DNA of 64,000 nt from Lingula anatina. Taxonomy: Eukaryota > Animalia > Brachiopoda. Shown here piece by piece: positions 28,035 to 41,370 of the stretch. Position numbers and translations under genes: made by a program. Position 1 is the stretch's first letter; each line of letters opens with the position of its first letter. The stretch lies in the NCBI GenBank assembly GCA_051362555.1, contig CM120647.1, positions 1,860,001 through 1,924,000 of the forward strand. The letters run 5' to 3'. The notes below the pieces were generated by a model that was given only the letters and a program-made list of their open reading frames with translations, had not been told where the DNA came from and made no database searches.

Positions 28035-31000
28035 GCGGTACCCTATGTTCAAGAGCAACGTAATGCATTGTGTTAAATCCTTAATTTCTATGAGCTCTAC
28101 CATCAGCTGCCCCATAGTATGAGCAGCAGAGCAAAGATAAAACAAGGATTAGTCGAACTCCCTAGATATTAAGGGTGGACTGCGTCGTGCTGGCTGTCCT
28201 TTCAGTAGGTTCACCGCGTTGACAGGGACTACTTTTATTTTTTTACAATACATTTAATGTGGTTGGTGTGTTATTCCCAACTTTGACGAACGTACCTATA
28301 TTAGCACATCAACCAGTTTAAGCGGCAACACACGTCATGCTACACGTTTACATGTAGTGCCATGCTAGTGTTCACATCACAATCGGAAAGATTTCGAATT
28401 TATTGAATTTTCAACAGACCTCATGCTACACGTCCTTTTTATTTTTAAAAATACAAAGGAAATGATGACATAGTTTATTTAAAAATATTGAATATTGATC
28501 AAATGTGCATTGGGTGGCAAACATGGACATTAACCCAATATTCATTAAAAATTGGTGTAGCACAGTCTATAGATGAGTTTGTACTAGTACATTAAGGTAT
28601 ACAATTGAAAAAAAAAAAAAGCAAAAACAAGCTTATTTTGTTTTGTACTACCACCAGATTTTAAATACAAAATACGAATGTGTCTATATAATACAATGTA
28701 GTTGTATAAATAAATTCTATAGTGATACGAATAGGCTTTTCATTATACTAAGGTATCAAAAAAGATGTATCTTTAAATATTTTTAATGCAAAGCTCTTTG
28801 ACAGCAATGTGGTAAACATTCTTTAAATGAGCTCGAGTATTATTGATCTAGCGCGCAATTCAATCGATAGTAGTTTTCTTTTCCTTCAAGAAATGACAAC
28901 TTTTCAGCTAAGGATTGTTAAACTTTCTGTGATCTTTTGTATTTCAATCACTTACCGTACCTTTGATTAACGCTGCTAACCTTCTTTGTTTGAATTTGTC
29001 ACAGTTCTACATAATTTGATGTTTAAATATGAATAAGTCGTTGAGGGTATTGGACCTAAAAGTTTTAACAAGTTAGTCTCCGATAGTCGCAATTTAACCT
29101 GTGTAACAGTATATGAGCCGGATTCTACTGATATTTTGTCCTACTGGTTCTAAATAGATGACGACTGCTCTTAATGAATTTTGACACGTCCCATGTTTCT
29201 AGTTTCAAGAAAAACAAGCACGTTGTTACCGTGTCTTTAGCTAAGCTATTAAGATTTGCATTCAGTTAATTATGGAATAGAATTTTTTGGTTTGATAAAT
29301 CAGATAACATGTATCCAAAAGGTTTACTGGACTGTCTACTCACGTCCTATAAAAAAGGATCTGCCATATAAAGCAAATTAGATATCTACTACACATGTGA
29401 AACCAAGACGAAAGAGAATGATAACCCAATATGTTTCGTGGTGGAGGGGATCGTTTTTAAAGGATGTGCTTTAAATTGTGCGATATAACTATAGAGTGTT
29501 TTTTTAATAGAAAGTAGAAATTCCCATCAACCTTTTCATACCCACCGCCACTAAAACAAAATTTAGAGCGAAAGAGAAGGTAAGTCTGAGTGGCGCCCTT
29601 AACTTTAATAAAATTGCCCTCAAACATATAAAAGGGGGCATTCCTAATATAGGATACCTACCAGCCGTGTGGTTTGCTATTGGCTTGATGAAATCTGAAA
29701 CTGAACTAATTTTACTCGCAAATTGGATAATATGCGGCTTGTCAGTCCATCATTCCCTGCATTACAACATAAAAGATGTTTTAAATACTCGTTTCTGTGA
29801 CCTCTAATAGCAGCTTAAATGTGGTTGTAATAGCATTTTAACATTCTGTCGAAATTCAGCACTATGCGGTTGCCCTTTTAGAAGTGACACGCTATAAAGG
29901 GTCTTCTTAGTTTTAAGTGATGTACTAAATTTGATATATTTAAAATTAAGAGTAATTTCTCACAATTTGAACGAGGATTCATGTTATCATTATTATTCAA
30001 AACTTCAAGGTTGGTATTGAAAAGCCCGGTGAAACACACACCCAGTATTGAGTTGATATGATATGAAAATTAAAAATAGAATCAGATTTTCTCTCACATA
30101 CTGTAACATATTTTTGTCGTTTTGACTGCATCGGTTTACAAAATATAATTTCTACATCGAAATAAATATGATACTGAAAGTTGATGGTATTTCTCAATGA
30201 TATTTTCTGCACCAGCCTTCCCCGTGCATCGTGTATTTTCAGCGTCTTGATGACAAACGTGTCTCACTTTGGTTCCGCATTGCTAAAGGGTCAGGTTTTC
30301 ATCGTCTTAAATCAGATTTTAGGCTAACCAAAGCAAGGGGTCCTTATTGGAAAATGAATATTTTTTTAAAAAATAACTGCGTAAATCCCGTCGTCTTATC
30401 AAAATCTGCAAAGTATTTGCCACAATTTGAGCGCATACAGAACAAGTTGAACTGCAGACTAACAAATTAGCGAATCAAATACGGCCAAATTAAAAACAAT
30501 GCCGACTGATCTGCTGATGGTCCCCCGCCCCCACACCCGCTGCCCCTGCAGGGGACTAGCAATTAAATCCCGGAGCCAAGATCTAAGCCCTTTAATAAAC
30601 ATTTATGCTTTTTGACAGCCACTGAATGCGCGAATGACTCCTTACAAAAGGCTGGATCTAGTGATGTTACGCCGCTGTACAACCTGAGTTTATTTTAGAT
30701 TTTATTGCAATTTTACAGTTTTTTTTAATTTACACTACTTGACGTATTTTTCATTTTAAACTATTTTACTTCGACAAACCAAACTTAAATCCCCCTTACC
30801 TGACTCTCGACATACCTTTGACAATCTAGAAAATTTAAAGAGCACTTGACCCATGCTTATTAGCGCTTGGTGTTTAAATTCAGCCATCCCCTTGAGCTCC
30901 TGGTTTGCCAGGAGGTTTAAAATATGATTATTTAATTTTGGTAGTAATTTAACAATTAAGCAACTATCTGTTGAAGTATGATAAAATGAATTAATGGATA

Positions 31001-31300
31001 AAAAAGAAATCAAAAATTCAATTTTAATACCGTTTATTGCGTTTGTTGTTCATCAAGCAATATGAATTAAGCAAAGGGGAGAATAACACAGTCTGAATGC
31101 TAATCTGAACTTTTTCAGAGTAAGGATTCTTAAAATAAATGCGTTTTCGATAAAGCTATATGCTGTAAGGTATCTTTGCTGCCTAAATATGTAGGGTGTA
31201 CCTTCTCAACAAGCGCTGAAATCCCTAATAGTCCATACCGTCTTCTTTGTTCCAAGTCATGATGGTGGATTCAGAATAAAGAATAAAGTTTATTTCTTCC

Positions 31301-33181
31301 CTACAGAGCCATAACGACATCTGTTAACTGATCCTTGGAGATTTGATCAACCCTGAAAGATACGTTTAACTTCTATTTTATAAAACTTCTTTCTCATCTA
31401 AATTCATCTCCCGTATAACACATTTGATAAAAATACAATAATTCAACTGTTTTCCTTTCTGACTGTTTTCCTTTTTTAGGTCAGACCAATTTCATAAACT
31501 TCCAATGGAAATGCGAAGAGAATCCTTCGCTTCACCATATGTATCACATTGTATATCTACCTATACATAATATGGGAATGAAAGACAAGAATGTGTTATT
31601 ATTTTGAGTACAGATTTTCAAGAAAAGACTTCGCCTTAAAGAAAAAGACTATTCAAATGTTAAAGCCTGCATGGATACTCAAGATATGTTGAGATAGTCT
31701 GGACAGAATTGCATGATTATGTGCACGTAGATTATCCAGAAAATCTGTTATGGCGGCACAATGTTTCAATGAAATTTTATTTTGTGACCTTAAAGTATTA
31801 TAGTTAATCAAGTGTCATATTATTCCATGTTTTAACAAATGCACGCCCTTATCGAAGGTCCATTTTCTAACCATTTGAACATTTTTTTTCTTTTTGTATA
31901 TAATGTTTACTGGATGATATGTGACTCAGTTTCCACTTCTGTTCATTTCAAACAGTTTTAATGCAGCTGTATACTATAGCTTTGCAATTGCCAAAACTGA
32001 GAAGTGCATTTTTCAAGTTTATCAAATACTTCAGTGGATTACTTCTGTATTTAACTGTTCCAAAGAACGTTGCCCATACAGCGTGAACTTTTTAGATGCG
32101 TATGAGTAAACGATATGAACATTTGAAATAGAGACCTGCACATTGTGAACAGTTTGAATAGATAGAGCCATCATACCTTTTTCTGTCCATGTCACTGAAT
32201 ACAGCTCTGGCATATGGCACGTTGTCAACTGCTCTCTTTTTGTCACACGTGCATTCGGTGTAGCTGTAATTAAATAGTACCTCATACAATGAGTCAGTCA
32301 TGTCATTAGCGTTTTTGAAGGATCTAAGCGGCACGTCTGATAGGTAATAACACACGGATGATTTTGTTCCATAAGGATATTACATGTCTACAAATTTAAC
32401 CTTATTTGTAGACAACTAACCAATAGATTCTGATGCTTAAGAATCAATATGATCCAAATCGAAGTGTTTCACTCTGCGTTTTCGAGCAAGACCCAATACT
32501 TACAGAGAACCATTTCTGTATACAGTGTCAACACAGTCCTCGCTCTTTCTACAGCCACCTTGACAAGCACAACCAAAGATGTTACATGATCCAACACCAC
32601 AGTGAGGGGTTTTCTGTAAAAGGGCAAGTGAATCGTATGAATGTATACCATCTTATTTAAGGCTGGGTCACACTGCACTTGCTACCTTTTGGCAACGTTT
32701 TGGCAACCACAAAATCTGGCGGTCGCTTGCGATCGCTTTGCAAGCTAATTTTAAAATGTGGCCAATTTTGATAGGCAACCGGTAGCAAGCCGATTTCGAT
32801 TCCTTCATCCGAAGATTTTGAAAGCGTACTAGTAGAGCAAACGAAAGGCATTCAAAGCAGTCCGTTAATGTTTAATGCGAAACTAATTTGAAACTATTTT
32901 GGAATCAAACCATAACGCAAAAACCACGGTAAACTAAAGCACTTTCAAGATATTAGATACAGGATTATATAAGATGCTTTCAATAAGACACACACGAATA
33001 CACTCTCATGTTTTGTCTTAATAAACATGTAAAATCTCGCCTCACACGTTAATTGACGTACCTTTTTGCAGTCGGCGCAGTAAGCGGCATTTAAGACGAT
33101 ACAACAGACAGCCTGCCCAACTTCTACCAAGCTTGCTGCAACAAAGACAGCAACTAGCAGAATAGCACTTCTGCTAAATTT
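31301..33181 (-). pseudogene. Diedel-like copy 2: start codon and exon-2 acceptor lost, rest of the frame open
   Basis: gccATG of the other copies reads gccAAA (33179-33181) and acceptor ctttcag reads ctttcaa; downstream exons still encode VCCIVLNAAYCADCKK-KTPHCGVGSCNIFGCACQGGCRKSEDCVDTVYRNGSLYTECTCDKKR...RVDQISKDQLTDVVMAL*. Confidence 0.75.
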
Positions 33182-33737
33182 GGCTTGAAATAATTGAAAG
33201 AGTGATAGAAAATCAACACGATGAAATTGCGCAACGACAAAATGCCGTTTGTTCACTTCAAGACACTGTAATAACTCACGAGTCGAGTTGAGTTTGGCTT
33301 TATGAAACTGTGACAACTCTATTTACAACCTCTATAAATATCCCTATAGTCAGTTAGTCATTGGTACCCTGTGTTCAAGAGCAACGCAATAGATATATGT
33401 TAAATCCTTAATTTATATGGGCTCTACTATCACCTGTCTTATATTAAGAGTAGCGAAGCAAATATAAAACAAGGATTAGTCGAACTCCCTAGAAATTTAG
33501 GGTGGACTGCGTGGTCCTGGTTGTCCTTTTCAGCAGGTCCATCGTTTGATTGGCACTACTTAAAAAATTTTAACAATACATTTAGTGTGGTTGGTGTTAT
33601 TTCCAACTTTGAAGAACGTAATTATATTGGCACATCAACCAGTTTAAGCGGCGACAGACGTCATGCTACACTTAATAATTATTTTTAAAAATACAAAGGA
33701 AATAATGACGTAGTTTATTAAAAATACTCAATTGTAA

Positions 33738-33950
33738 AGCCCCCTTTACACTAGTCGACGTCATTTCTACGTCCCGTAGTACGGCCCCGTTTTAGAGTGA
33801 AAAAAACGTATAATACTTCACGTGCCGATCATTGAAAATTCCTTCTTCAACCAAAGCGATGCTTGAGTATCCTTTTTACGAACACAGCGCTGACAGTTTC
33901 CTGGTCGCTCAAAGGACGCAGAAAGGACGCCGTCCAGTGTAAAGGGGGTT
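33738..33950. mobile_element. Harbinger-type MITE
   Basis: taa|agccccctttacact ... agtgtaaagggggtt|taa; absent from the homologous region near 28490. Confidence 0.75.
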
Positions 33951-33963
33951 TAAGCAATTGTGT

Positions 33964-35095
33964 CATGGCCAGAAATGTGCAGCATTCACGCGATACGCGA
34001 GGGCGAAACAGTAGGGCTTCACGTAACTCAACTAACCAATCACAGCACAAGAATGGCATCGCACACAGACTCTGTGATAAGTGCTCAGCCCATTATCAAG
34101 TAGTGTTAGTTCATGGTAACAAGCGTCTGATATGTGCAGAGAAGTTTATTATTATAATATATATTGTTTTTATTGTTACATTATTAAATCTAACTCTGTA
34201 TCCAAGTAGTAACTATACTGTACCAAGCCAGGTACTGATGATGTGCAGAGGTCATATATTCATTACCACTGATTTATAACTTTTATTTTTGTTTAATATG
34301 TTATTCGTGAAAGAGTTCATGAAATATTATTTTAATTTGTTAAATCGTGATCTTATTCTTTTTATATTCAAATAATTGAATAATGTGGGTAAAATTGATC
34401 TTCCACTTCTTTTTTGCATTTTTCCTTTACTACAAGATTATTTTGGAACAGTTGCAGTATAAAAATTTAAATAAATAGCAATCTGAAAGAAGAATTTTGC
34501 ATAATTATTAAATGATGATATGAATTTTGGATTAAGAGATTAGTTAAATACTGAGTATAGTGATATGGTCAGTCAATTTATGTAGAATCTGTTAATATGA
34601 TTGAAAATACTGATTGAATTCTTGGCCTTGCACTGAGCAGTTTCACATTTGTGGCAAGTGCTCTTTTTGGACTCCATTGTACAGTGGTAAAAAATCTTCA
34701 ATTGCCATAAAAGTTTTTCATCAGACTCTGCATGGTGCTGCTATCTGCTGGTGCTATCGGCAACGAATTAATTTGCCTATGTTTCTGAGTGAATTTACCG
34801 TCAAAAATCACTATTACTGAAAATATTTGCGTTTTGCTGAGGGTAGGCTAGGCAATATACGGCAAACTTCTTAGTAAGTGTGTACAACAGATTAAAAAAA
34901 ACCCTAGCGATTTTTGGTCAGGGGTTGCTTGAAGCATAGCACAGCGTTTCTGTCTATCGGCATCAGGCTGTTAGTTTGTCAATTCTCACGAATTACCCAC
35001 CCATTCATTTTCCTATGGCAATCTAGCAACTCATTAAAAATGCACGCATGCGCAGTGGGCTAGACGTTACGTCATGCAGTGCATTTCTGGGGATG
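33964..35095. mobile_element. Non-autonomous DNA transposon with CAT... termini (P-element-like)
   Basis: TIRs catggccagaaatgtgcagcat / atgcagtgcatttctggggatg; degenerate 8-bp flanks aattgtgt / cattgggt; interrupts sequence that is contiguous at ~28500 in unit 1. Confidence 0.6.
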
Positions 35096-36091
35096 CATTG
35101 GGTGGCAAACATGGACATTAACCCAATATTCATTAAAGATGGATTAAGTACAGTCTTTAGATGAGTTTGTACTAGAACATTAAGGTATACAATTGAAATC
35201 AAGCAAAAACAAACTTATTTTGTTTTGTACTACCACCAGATTTTTTTATTTGAAATACGAATGTGACTGTAGAATACAATGTAGCTGTATAAATAAAATC
35301 TATAGTGATACAAAATGCTTTATACTGAGGTATCAAAAAAAGATGCATCTTTACATATTTTTATTACAAAGCTCTATGACGGCAATGTGATTTACAATGT
35401 TTAAATGAGCTCAAGTATTACTGATCTAGCGAGCAATCCAATCGATAGTAGTTTTCTTTTCCTTCAAGAAAAGGCAACTTTTCAGCTAAGGATTGTTAGC
35501 CTTCTTGCGATCTATTGTTTTTCCAATCACTTGCCGTATCTTTGATTAACGTTGCTAACTTTCTTTGTTTTAATATGTCACAGATATACATAATTTGACG
35601 TACATTCAATCAATTATCGAATAATTTTTGTTTTTTTTTTTTTTGGGGGGGGGGGTGATAAATCAGATAACATATATCCAAAAGGTTAACAGGACTGTCT
35701 ACTCACGTCCTATGAAAAAGGATCTGCTATATAAAAGCAAAATAGATATCTACTACACATGTGAAACCAGGACGAAAGAGAATGATAACCCATTATGTTT
35801 CGTGGCGGAGGGGATCGTCTTAAAAGATGTGCTTTTCAAAGTGCAATTTAAAAATTGTGTGATATAACTGTAGAGTGTTTTTTTTATAGAAAGTAGACAT
35901 TTCCATCAACCTTTTCATATCCAACGCCACTAAAACAAAATTTAGAGCAAAAGAAAAGGTCAGTCGGAGTGTCGCCCTCAACTTTAATAAAGTTACCCTC
36001 AAACATAAAAAGCAAAGTAGGCATTCATAATATAGGGTATCTACCAGCGGTGCGGTTTGCTATTGGCTTGATGAAATCTGACTAACTTTAC

Positions 36092-36210
36092 TTCGCTATG
36101 TTGCGCACGTGCCATGGACGTGCACAAGTGTCTCGATTCCATGGCCCCGTATCTCGAAATAGAATCGGTTATGGAATCGAGACACTAACACGCGTGCGCA
36201 ACATAGCGAA
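36092..36210. mobile_element. Small hairpin MITE
   Basis: ttcgctatgttgcgcacg / cgtgcgcaacatagcgaa with inner gtgtctcgattccat / atggaatcgagacac arms. Confidence 0.75.
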
Positions 36211-36224
36211 CCTACGGAGCCCAG

Positions 36225-37168
36225 GCCCCCGTTTCACAAAAATCTTAAATCCGTTGTTGACTAGCTCGAGCTGACAGGCCTAGCTCGGTCGACTACGCTG
36301 TAGTCGACTAGGACTGTTTCACAAAGAATCTAAAGTCGTAGCTTGGTGTGCTCACCGTAGTCGACGCGCACAAGAAACTCTTCAAGAAAAGGGGGTGTAA
36401 AATTCGAAGACTTTCACAAGAAATGACGTTTCATGGTCTCTTTCGGCCGAGAAAGATCGTTTATCTACAAAAATCGACCAAAACACAGACAAAGTTTGTT
36501 TTTCAAGTTTATTGATTAGTTTAACTTCAATGCAACTTCAAAGTAACACTTAAACATTAGCTTGTCGTGGAACACTGCTGACGGACGTTTAGAGGTCAAA
36601 AACAAACAAACACTCGATCGGCTGGGTGAAGTGGCATTTTATTTTTTTTTTCAATATTCCATAAATGTCAGTGCTATTCAAGGATATTATAATACAAAAT
36701 CTTGATGGAGGTATGTTTTTTCTAATTTTTTGTTGTTTATGCTCTCATTTAGCGAGTTTTAGTTGAGCTGGCCGACTTAAGTCTCCTCCCGAGGAGGCTA
36801 GACATCGTCGACTAGCAGCTAAGAAAAAACGACGTACCTTGTAGATTATTGTATGGTTGTGACCAATTGTGTTAAATTGTGTTAGAGGTGACTATGCAGT
36901 GGGTCCCTCTAGTGGTAAAAAAAAAGAGAAAAGTGAGGGTGAAGTTGTGAAGTTGTGGCAAGTTTGTCGGTTACACGTGTTTTTCCATGTTGGAAAGAGT
37001 GTTGACTCCATGCGGAGTGAAGTTGTGACATGTTTGTTGGTCACACGTGGTTCGAATGTAATGTAAAACTGTAAAATGAAAAACAAAATTGAACTAGCGC
37101 AAGTTTTTATTTACTTTTAACTTCAACAGTCAGGGAAACCGACTTAAGTTTTATCGTGAAACGGGGAC
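36225..37168. mobile_element. Non-autonomous PIF/Harbinger element
   Basis: cag|gcccccgtttcac ... gtgaaacggggac|cag: TIRs with a 3-bp CAG duplication; sits at the junction between array units 2 and 3. Confidence 0.75.
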
Positions 37169-38009
37169 CAGCGAATCAAATACGGTCAAATTAAAAGCAG
37201 TGCCGACTAATACGCTGATGGTCCCCCGCCCCTGCTGCCCCTGCAGGGGACTAGCAATTAAAGCCTGGAGCCAAGATCTAAGCCCTTTAATAAACATTTA
37301 TGCTTTTTGACAGCCACCCATACTGAATGCTCGAATGACTCCTTACAAAAGGCTGGATCTAGTGATGTTACGCCGCTGTACAACCTGAGTTCATTTTAGA
37401 TTTTATTGCAATTTTACAGTTTTTTTTTTTTTTTTAATTTACACTACTTGACGTATTTACCATTTTAAACTATTTTACTCCAACAAACCAAACTTAAAGC
37501 CCCCTCACCTGACTCTCGACATACCTTTGACAATCTAGAAAATTTAAAGTGCACTTGACCCATGCTTATTAGTGCTTGGTGTTTAAATTCAGCCATCCCC
37601 TTGAGCTCCTGGTTTGCCAGGAGGTTTAAAATTTCATTATTTGTTTTTGGTATTAATTAAATAATTAAGCAATTATCTGTTGAAGTATGATAAAATGAAT
37701 TAATGAATAAAAAAGAAATCAAAAATTCAATTTTAATACCGTTTATTGCGTTTGTTGTTCATCAAGCAATATGAATTAAGCAAAGGGGAGAATAACACAG
37801 TCTGAATGCTAATCTGAACTTTTTTAGAGTAAGGATTCTTAAAATAAACGCGTTTTCGATAAAGCTGTATGCTGTAAGGTATCTTTGCTGCCTAAATATG
37901 TAGGGTTTACTTTTTCAACTAGCGCTGAAATTCCTAAGAGTCCATACCGTCTTCTTTGTTCCAAGTCATGATGGTGGATTCAGAATAAAGAATAAAGTTT
38001 ATTTCTTCC

Positions 38010-39958
38010 CTACAGAGCCATAACGACATCTGTCAACTGCTCCTTGGACATTTTATCAACCCTGAAACATACGTTTAACTTCTATTTTATAAAACTTCTT
38101 TCTCATCTAAATTCATCTCCCGTATAACACATTTGATAAAAATGCAATAATTCAACTGTTTTCCTTTCTGACTGTTTTCCTTTTTTAGGTCAGACCAATT
38201 TTATAAACTCCCAATGGAAATGCGAAGAGAATCCTTTGCTTCACCATATGTATCACATTGTATATCTACCTATACATAATATGGGAATGAAAGACAAGAA
38301 TGTGTTATTATTTTGAGTACAGATTTTCAAGAAAAGACTTCGCCTTAAAGAAAAAGACTATTCAAATGTTAAGCCTGCATGGATACTCAAGATAGGTTGA
38401 GATAGTCTGGACAGAATTACATGATTATTTGCATGTAGTTTATCCAGAAAATCTGTTATGGCGGCACAATGTTTCAATGAAATTTTATTTTGTGACCTAA
38501 GAGTATTATATTTAATCAAATGCCATATTATGCCATGTTTTCACAAAAAACACGCCCTTATTGAATGTCCGTTTTATAACCATTAGGACTTTTTTCTTTT
38601 CGTATATAATGATTTCTGGATGATATGTGACTCGGTTTCCACTACAGATCATTTCAAACAGTTTTAATACAGCTGTAGCTTTGCAATTGCCAAAATTGAG
38701 AAGTGCGTTTTTCAAGTTAATCAAATACTTCAGCGGATCACTTCTGTTTTTAACTGTTCCAAGGAACGTTGCCCATACAGTGTTAATTTTTTAGATACGT
38801 ATGAGTAAACGATATTAATATTTGAGGTATAGATCCATACATTGTGAATAGTGTGAATAGATAGTGGCATCCTACCTTTTTCTGTCCATGTCACTGTATA
38901 CAGCCTGAGTATTGGTTCTGGCATATGGCGCATTGTCAACTGCTCTCTTTTTGTCACACCTGCATACGGTGTACCTGTAATTAAATAGTACCGCATACAA
39001 TGAGTCAGTTTTGTCATTAGCTTGGCGTTTTTTTTTTTTTTTTTTTTTTCTGAAGAATCTAAGCGGCACGTCTGATAGATAGTAACACACTGATAACTTT
39101 GTTCCGTCAAGGCTATTGTTGTCTAGAAAATTTTACCTTAATTATTTTAAAACAACTGGTCAATAGATTCTGATACTCAAGAATCAGTATGATTCAAATC
39201 GAAGTGTTTACAAGCAAGATCTAATACTTACAGAGAACCATATCTGTATACAGTGTTAACACAGTCCTCGCTCTTTCTACAGCCACCTTGACAAGCACAA
39301 CCGAAGATGTTACATGACCCAACACCACAGTGAGGAGTCACCTGCAATAGGAGTAGTGAACTGTATGAGCGTTTTCCCTATTATTTACACGCGTACAATC
39401 GTTTATATAACACGTGTTTAAATGTAGTGCTATGCTAGTGTTCATATCACACTCGGAAACATTTCGAATATATTGAATTTTCTCATAACGGACGGAACAG
39501 CCAATGTCATTGGAAGAGTCGATTTCAGTTCCTTCATCCGCACGCTTCAGATATTGAAAGCGTGGAGAATTAATGTTTAATGTGGTGCACTTGAAACTAT
39601 TTTGGAATCAAACTAAGACTGTCGTCATAATCAAATTTCGCGAAATCCACAGTAAACTAATGCATTTGCAAGATATTAGATACAGGATCATATAAGATGC
39701 TTTCAATGTGATACAAAAAAAAATACTCAACTTCTCCAGTTTTGTCTCAGTGTACAGGTACATGAAATTGCTTCAGTAACGTTGAATTTATGGTGAAAAA
39801 ACTAATCTCTTCTTATACGTTCATTGACATACCTTTTTGCAGTCGGCACAGTAAGCGGAATGTAAGTCAATACAACATACAGCCTGTCCAACTTCTACCA
39901 AGCTCGCTGCAACAAAGACAGCAACTAGCAGAATAGCATTACTGCTAGGCCTAACCAT
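38010..39958 (-). CDS. Diedel-like secreted cysteine-rich protein, copy 3 (128 aa)
   Basis: Exons 39958-39833, 39341-39232, 38974-38876, 38061-38010 (387 nt): MVRPSSNAILLVAVFVAASLVEVGQA-VCCIDLHSAYCADCKKVTPHCGVGSCNIFGCACQGGCRKSEDCVNTVYRYGSLYTVCRCD-KKR-AVDNAPYARTNTQAVYSDMDRKRVDKMSKEQLTDVVMAL*. Confidence 0.85.
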
Positions 39959-41029
39959 GGCTTGAAATAGCTGAGAGAGTAATACAAAGTCAACAAAATG
40001 AAATATCGTAACGACAAATTTATGTCGTTTGTTCACTTCAAGACACTGCCTGTAATAACTCACCAGTTGAGTTGTTTGAGATTGGTTAGGTGAAACTGTG
40101 GCAACTCTATTTACAGCCTCTATAAATATGCCTCCAGTCAGTGAGTCATTGGCACCCTATGTTCAAGAGCAACGTAATGCATTGTGTTACATCCTTAACT
40201 TCTATGGGCTCTACCATCAGCTGTCCCATAGTATGAGCAGCAGAGCAACGATAAAACAAGGATTAGTCGAACTCCCTAGATATTCAGGGTGGACTGCGTG
40301 GTGCTGGTTGTCCTTTTCAGTAGGTTCGCCACGTTGACAAGGGCTACTTTTATTTTTTAACAATAAATTGAATGTGGTCGGTGCCTTATTTATAACTTTG
40401 ACGAAACAAAAACAAGATTATTTTGTTTTGTTCTACCACCAGCTTTTTGAATACAAAATACAAATGTGTTTGTATAATACAATGCAGCTGTAAAAACAAA
40501 TACTGCTGATACGTTTGAGCTTTTCATTATACTGAGGTACCAAAAATGTATCTTTAAATATTTTTTATCCAAAGATCTTTGACGACAATGTGATATGCAT
40601 TCTTTAAATGAGGTCGAGTATTGTTGATCTAGCGTGCAATCCAATCGATGGTAGTTTTATTTTCCTTCAAGGAACAATAACTTTTCAGCTAGGGATTGTA
40701 AACCTTTCTGTGATCTGTTGTATTCAATCACTTATCGTGACTTCGATTAACGCTGCTAGGCTTCTTTGTTTTAATTTGTCACAGTTCTACATAATTTGAT
40801 GTCTAAATATAAATGACTCGTTAAGGGTTTTGATCCTGAAAGTTTTAACAAGTCAGTCTACGATAATCGCAATTTAATCTGTGTAATAGTATATGAGCCG
40901 GGTTCTACTTATATTTTGTCCTACTGGTTCTAAATAGAGGACGACTGCTCGTAATGTTTTTTTTAACACGTCCCATGTTTCTAGTCTAAGAAAAACAATC
41001 ACGTTGTTACCGTGTCTGTAGCTGAGCTA

Positions 41030-41370
41030 CACTGTAAAAACAGTGTTTAGCTCCTACACACATTTCTAAGCGCCTATTTTGTCTCATTTTTTAGACGCGT
41101 TTAGCTCCTAACATGCTTAGCTCCTTGACATATTACACGCTTTTAGACCGAATGTGTTTAGCAGTATGACGCGTTTGACGTCTAATAAATGTAGGGTGTA
41201 TTGTTTAACTTTTAGGTGCTAAGGGTTTCAACTGTTTAAGTCGCACACACACACACACACACACACACACGAACTCACGGTCACCTTTAACTGCTATAGT
41301 TATCTTTTTCTATAACAGGGTACCGTGAACTGTCAACATCGCTGACTTCACAACATCATCTTTACAGCTG
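41030..41370. mobile_element. Probable truncated EnSpm/CACTA-like insertion end, containing (CA)n
   Basis: Homology to unit 1 breaks at tagctgagcta|cactgtaaaaa; CACTGTAAAAA-type terminus followed by tttagctcc subrepeats; no clean right TIR found. Confidence 0.35.

Noticed and set aside
32945-33316. 123-aa ORF rescuing Diedel-like copy 2
   Set aside because: It starts at TTG, runs through the first intron and would bury the signal peptide.
33847-34279. 138-aa and 70-aa ORFs
   Set aside because: They span the junction of two non-autonomous transposon insertions and show no protein motifs.
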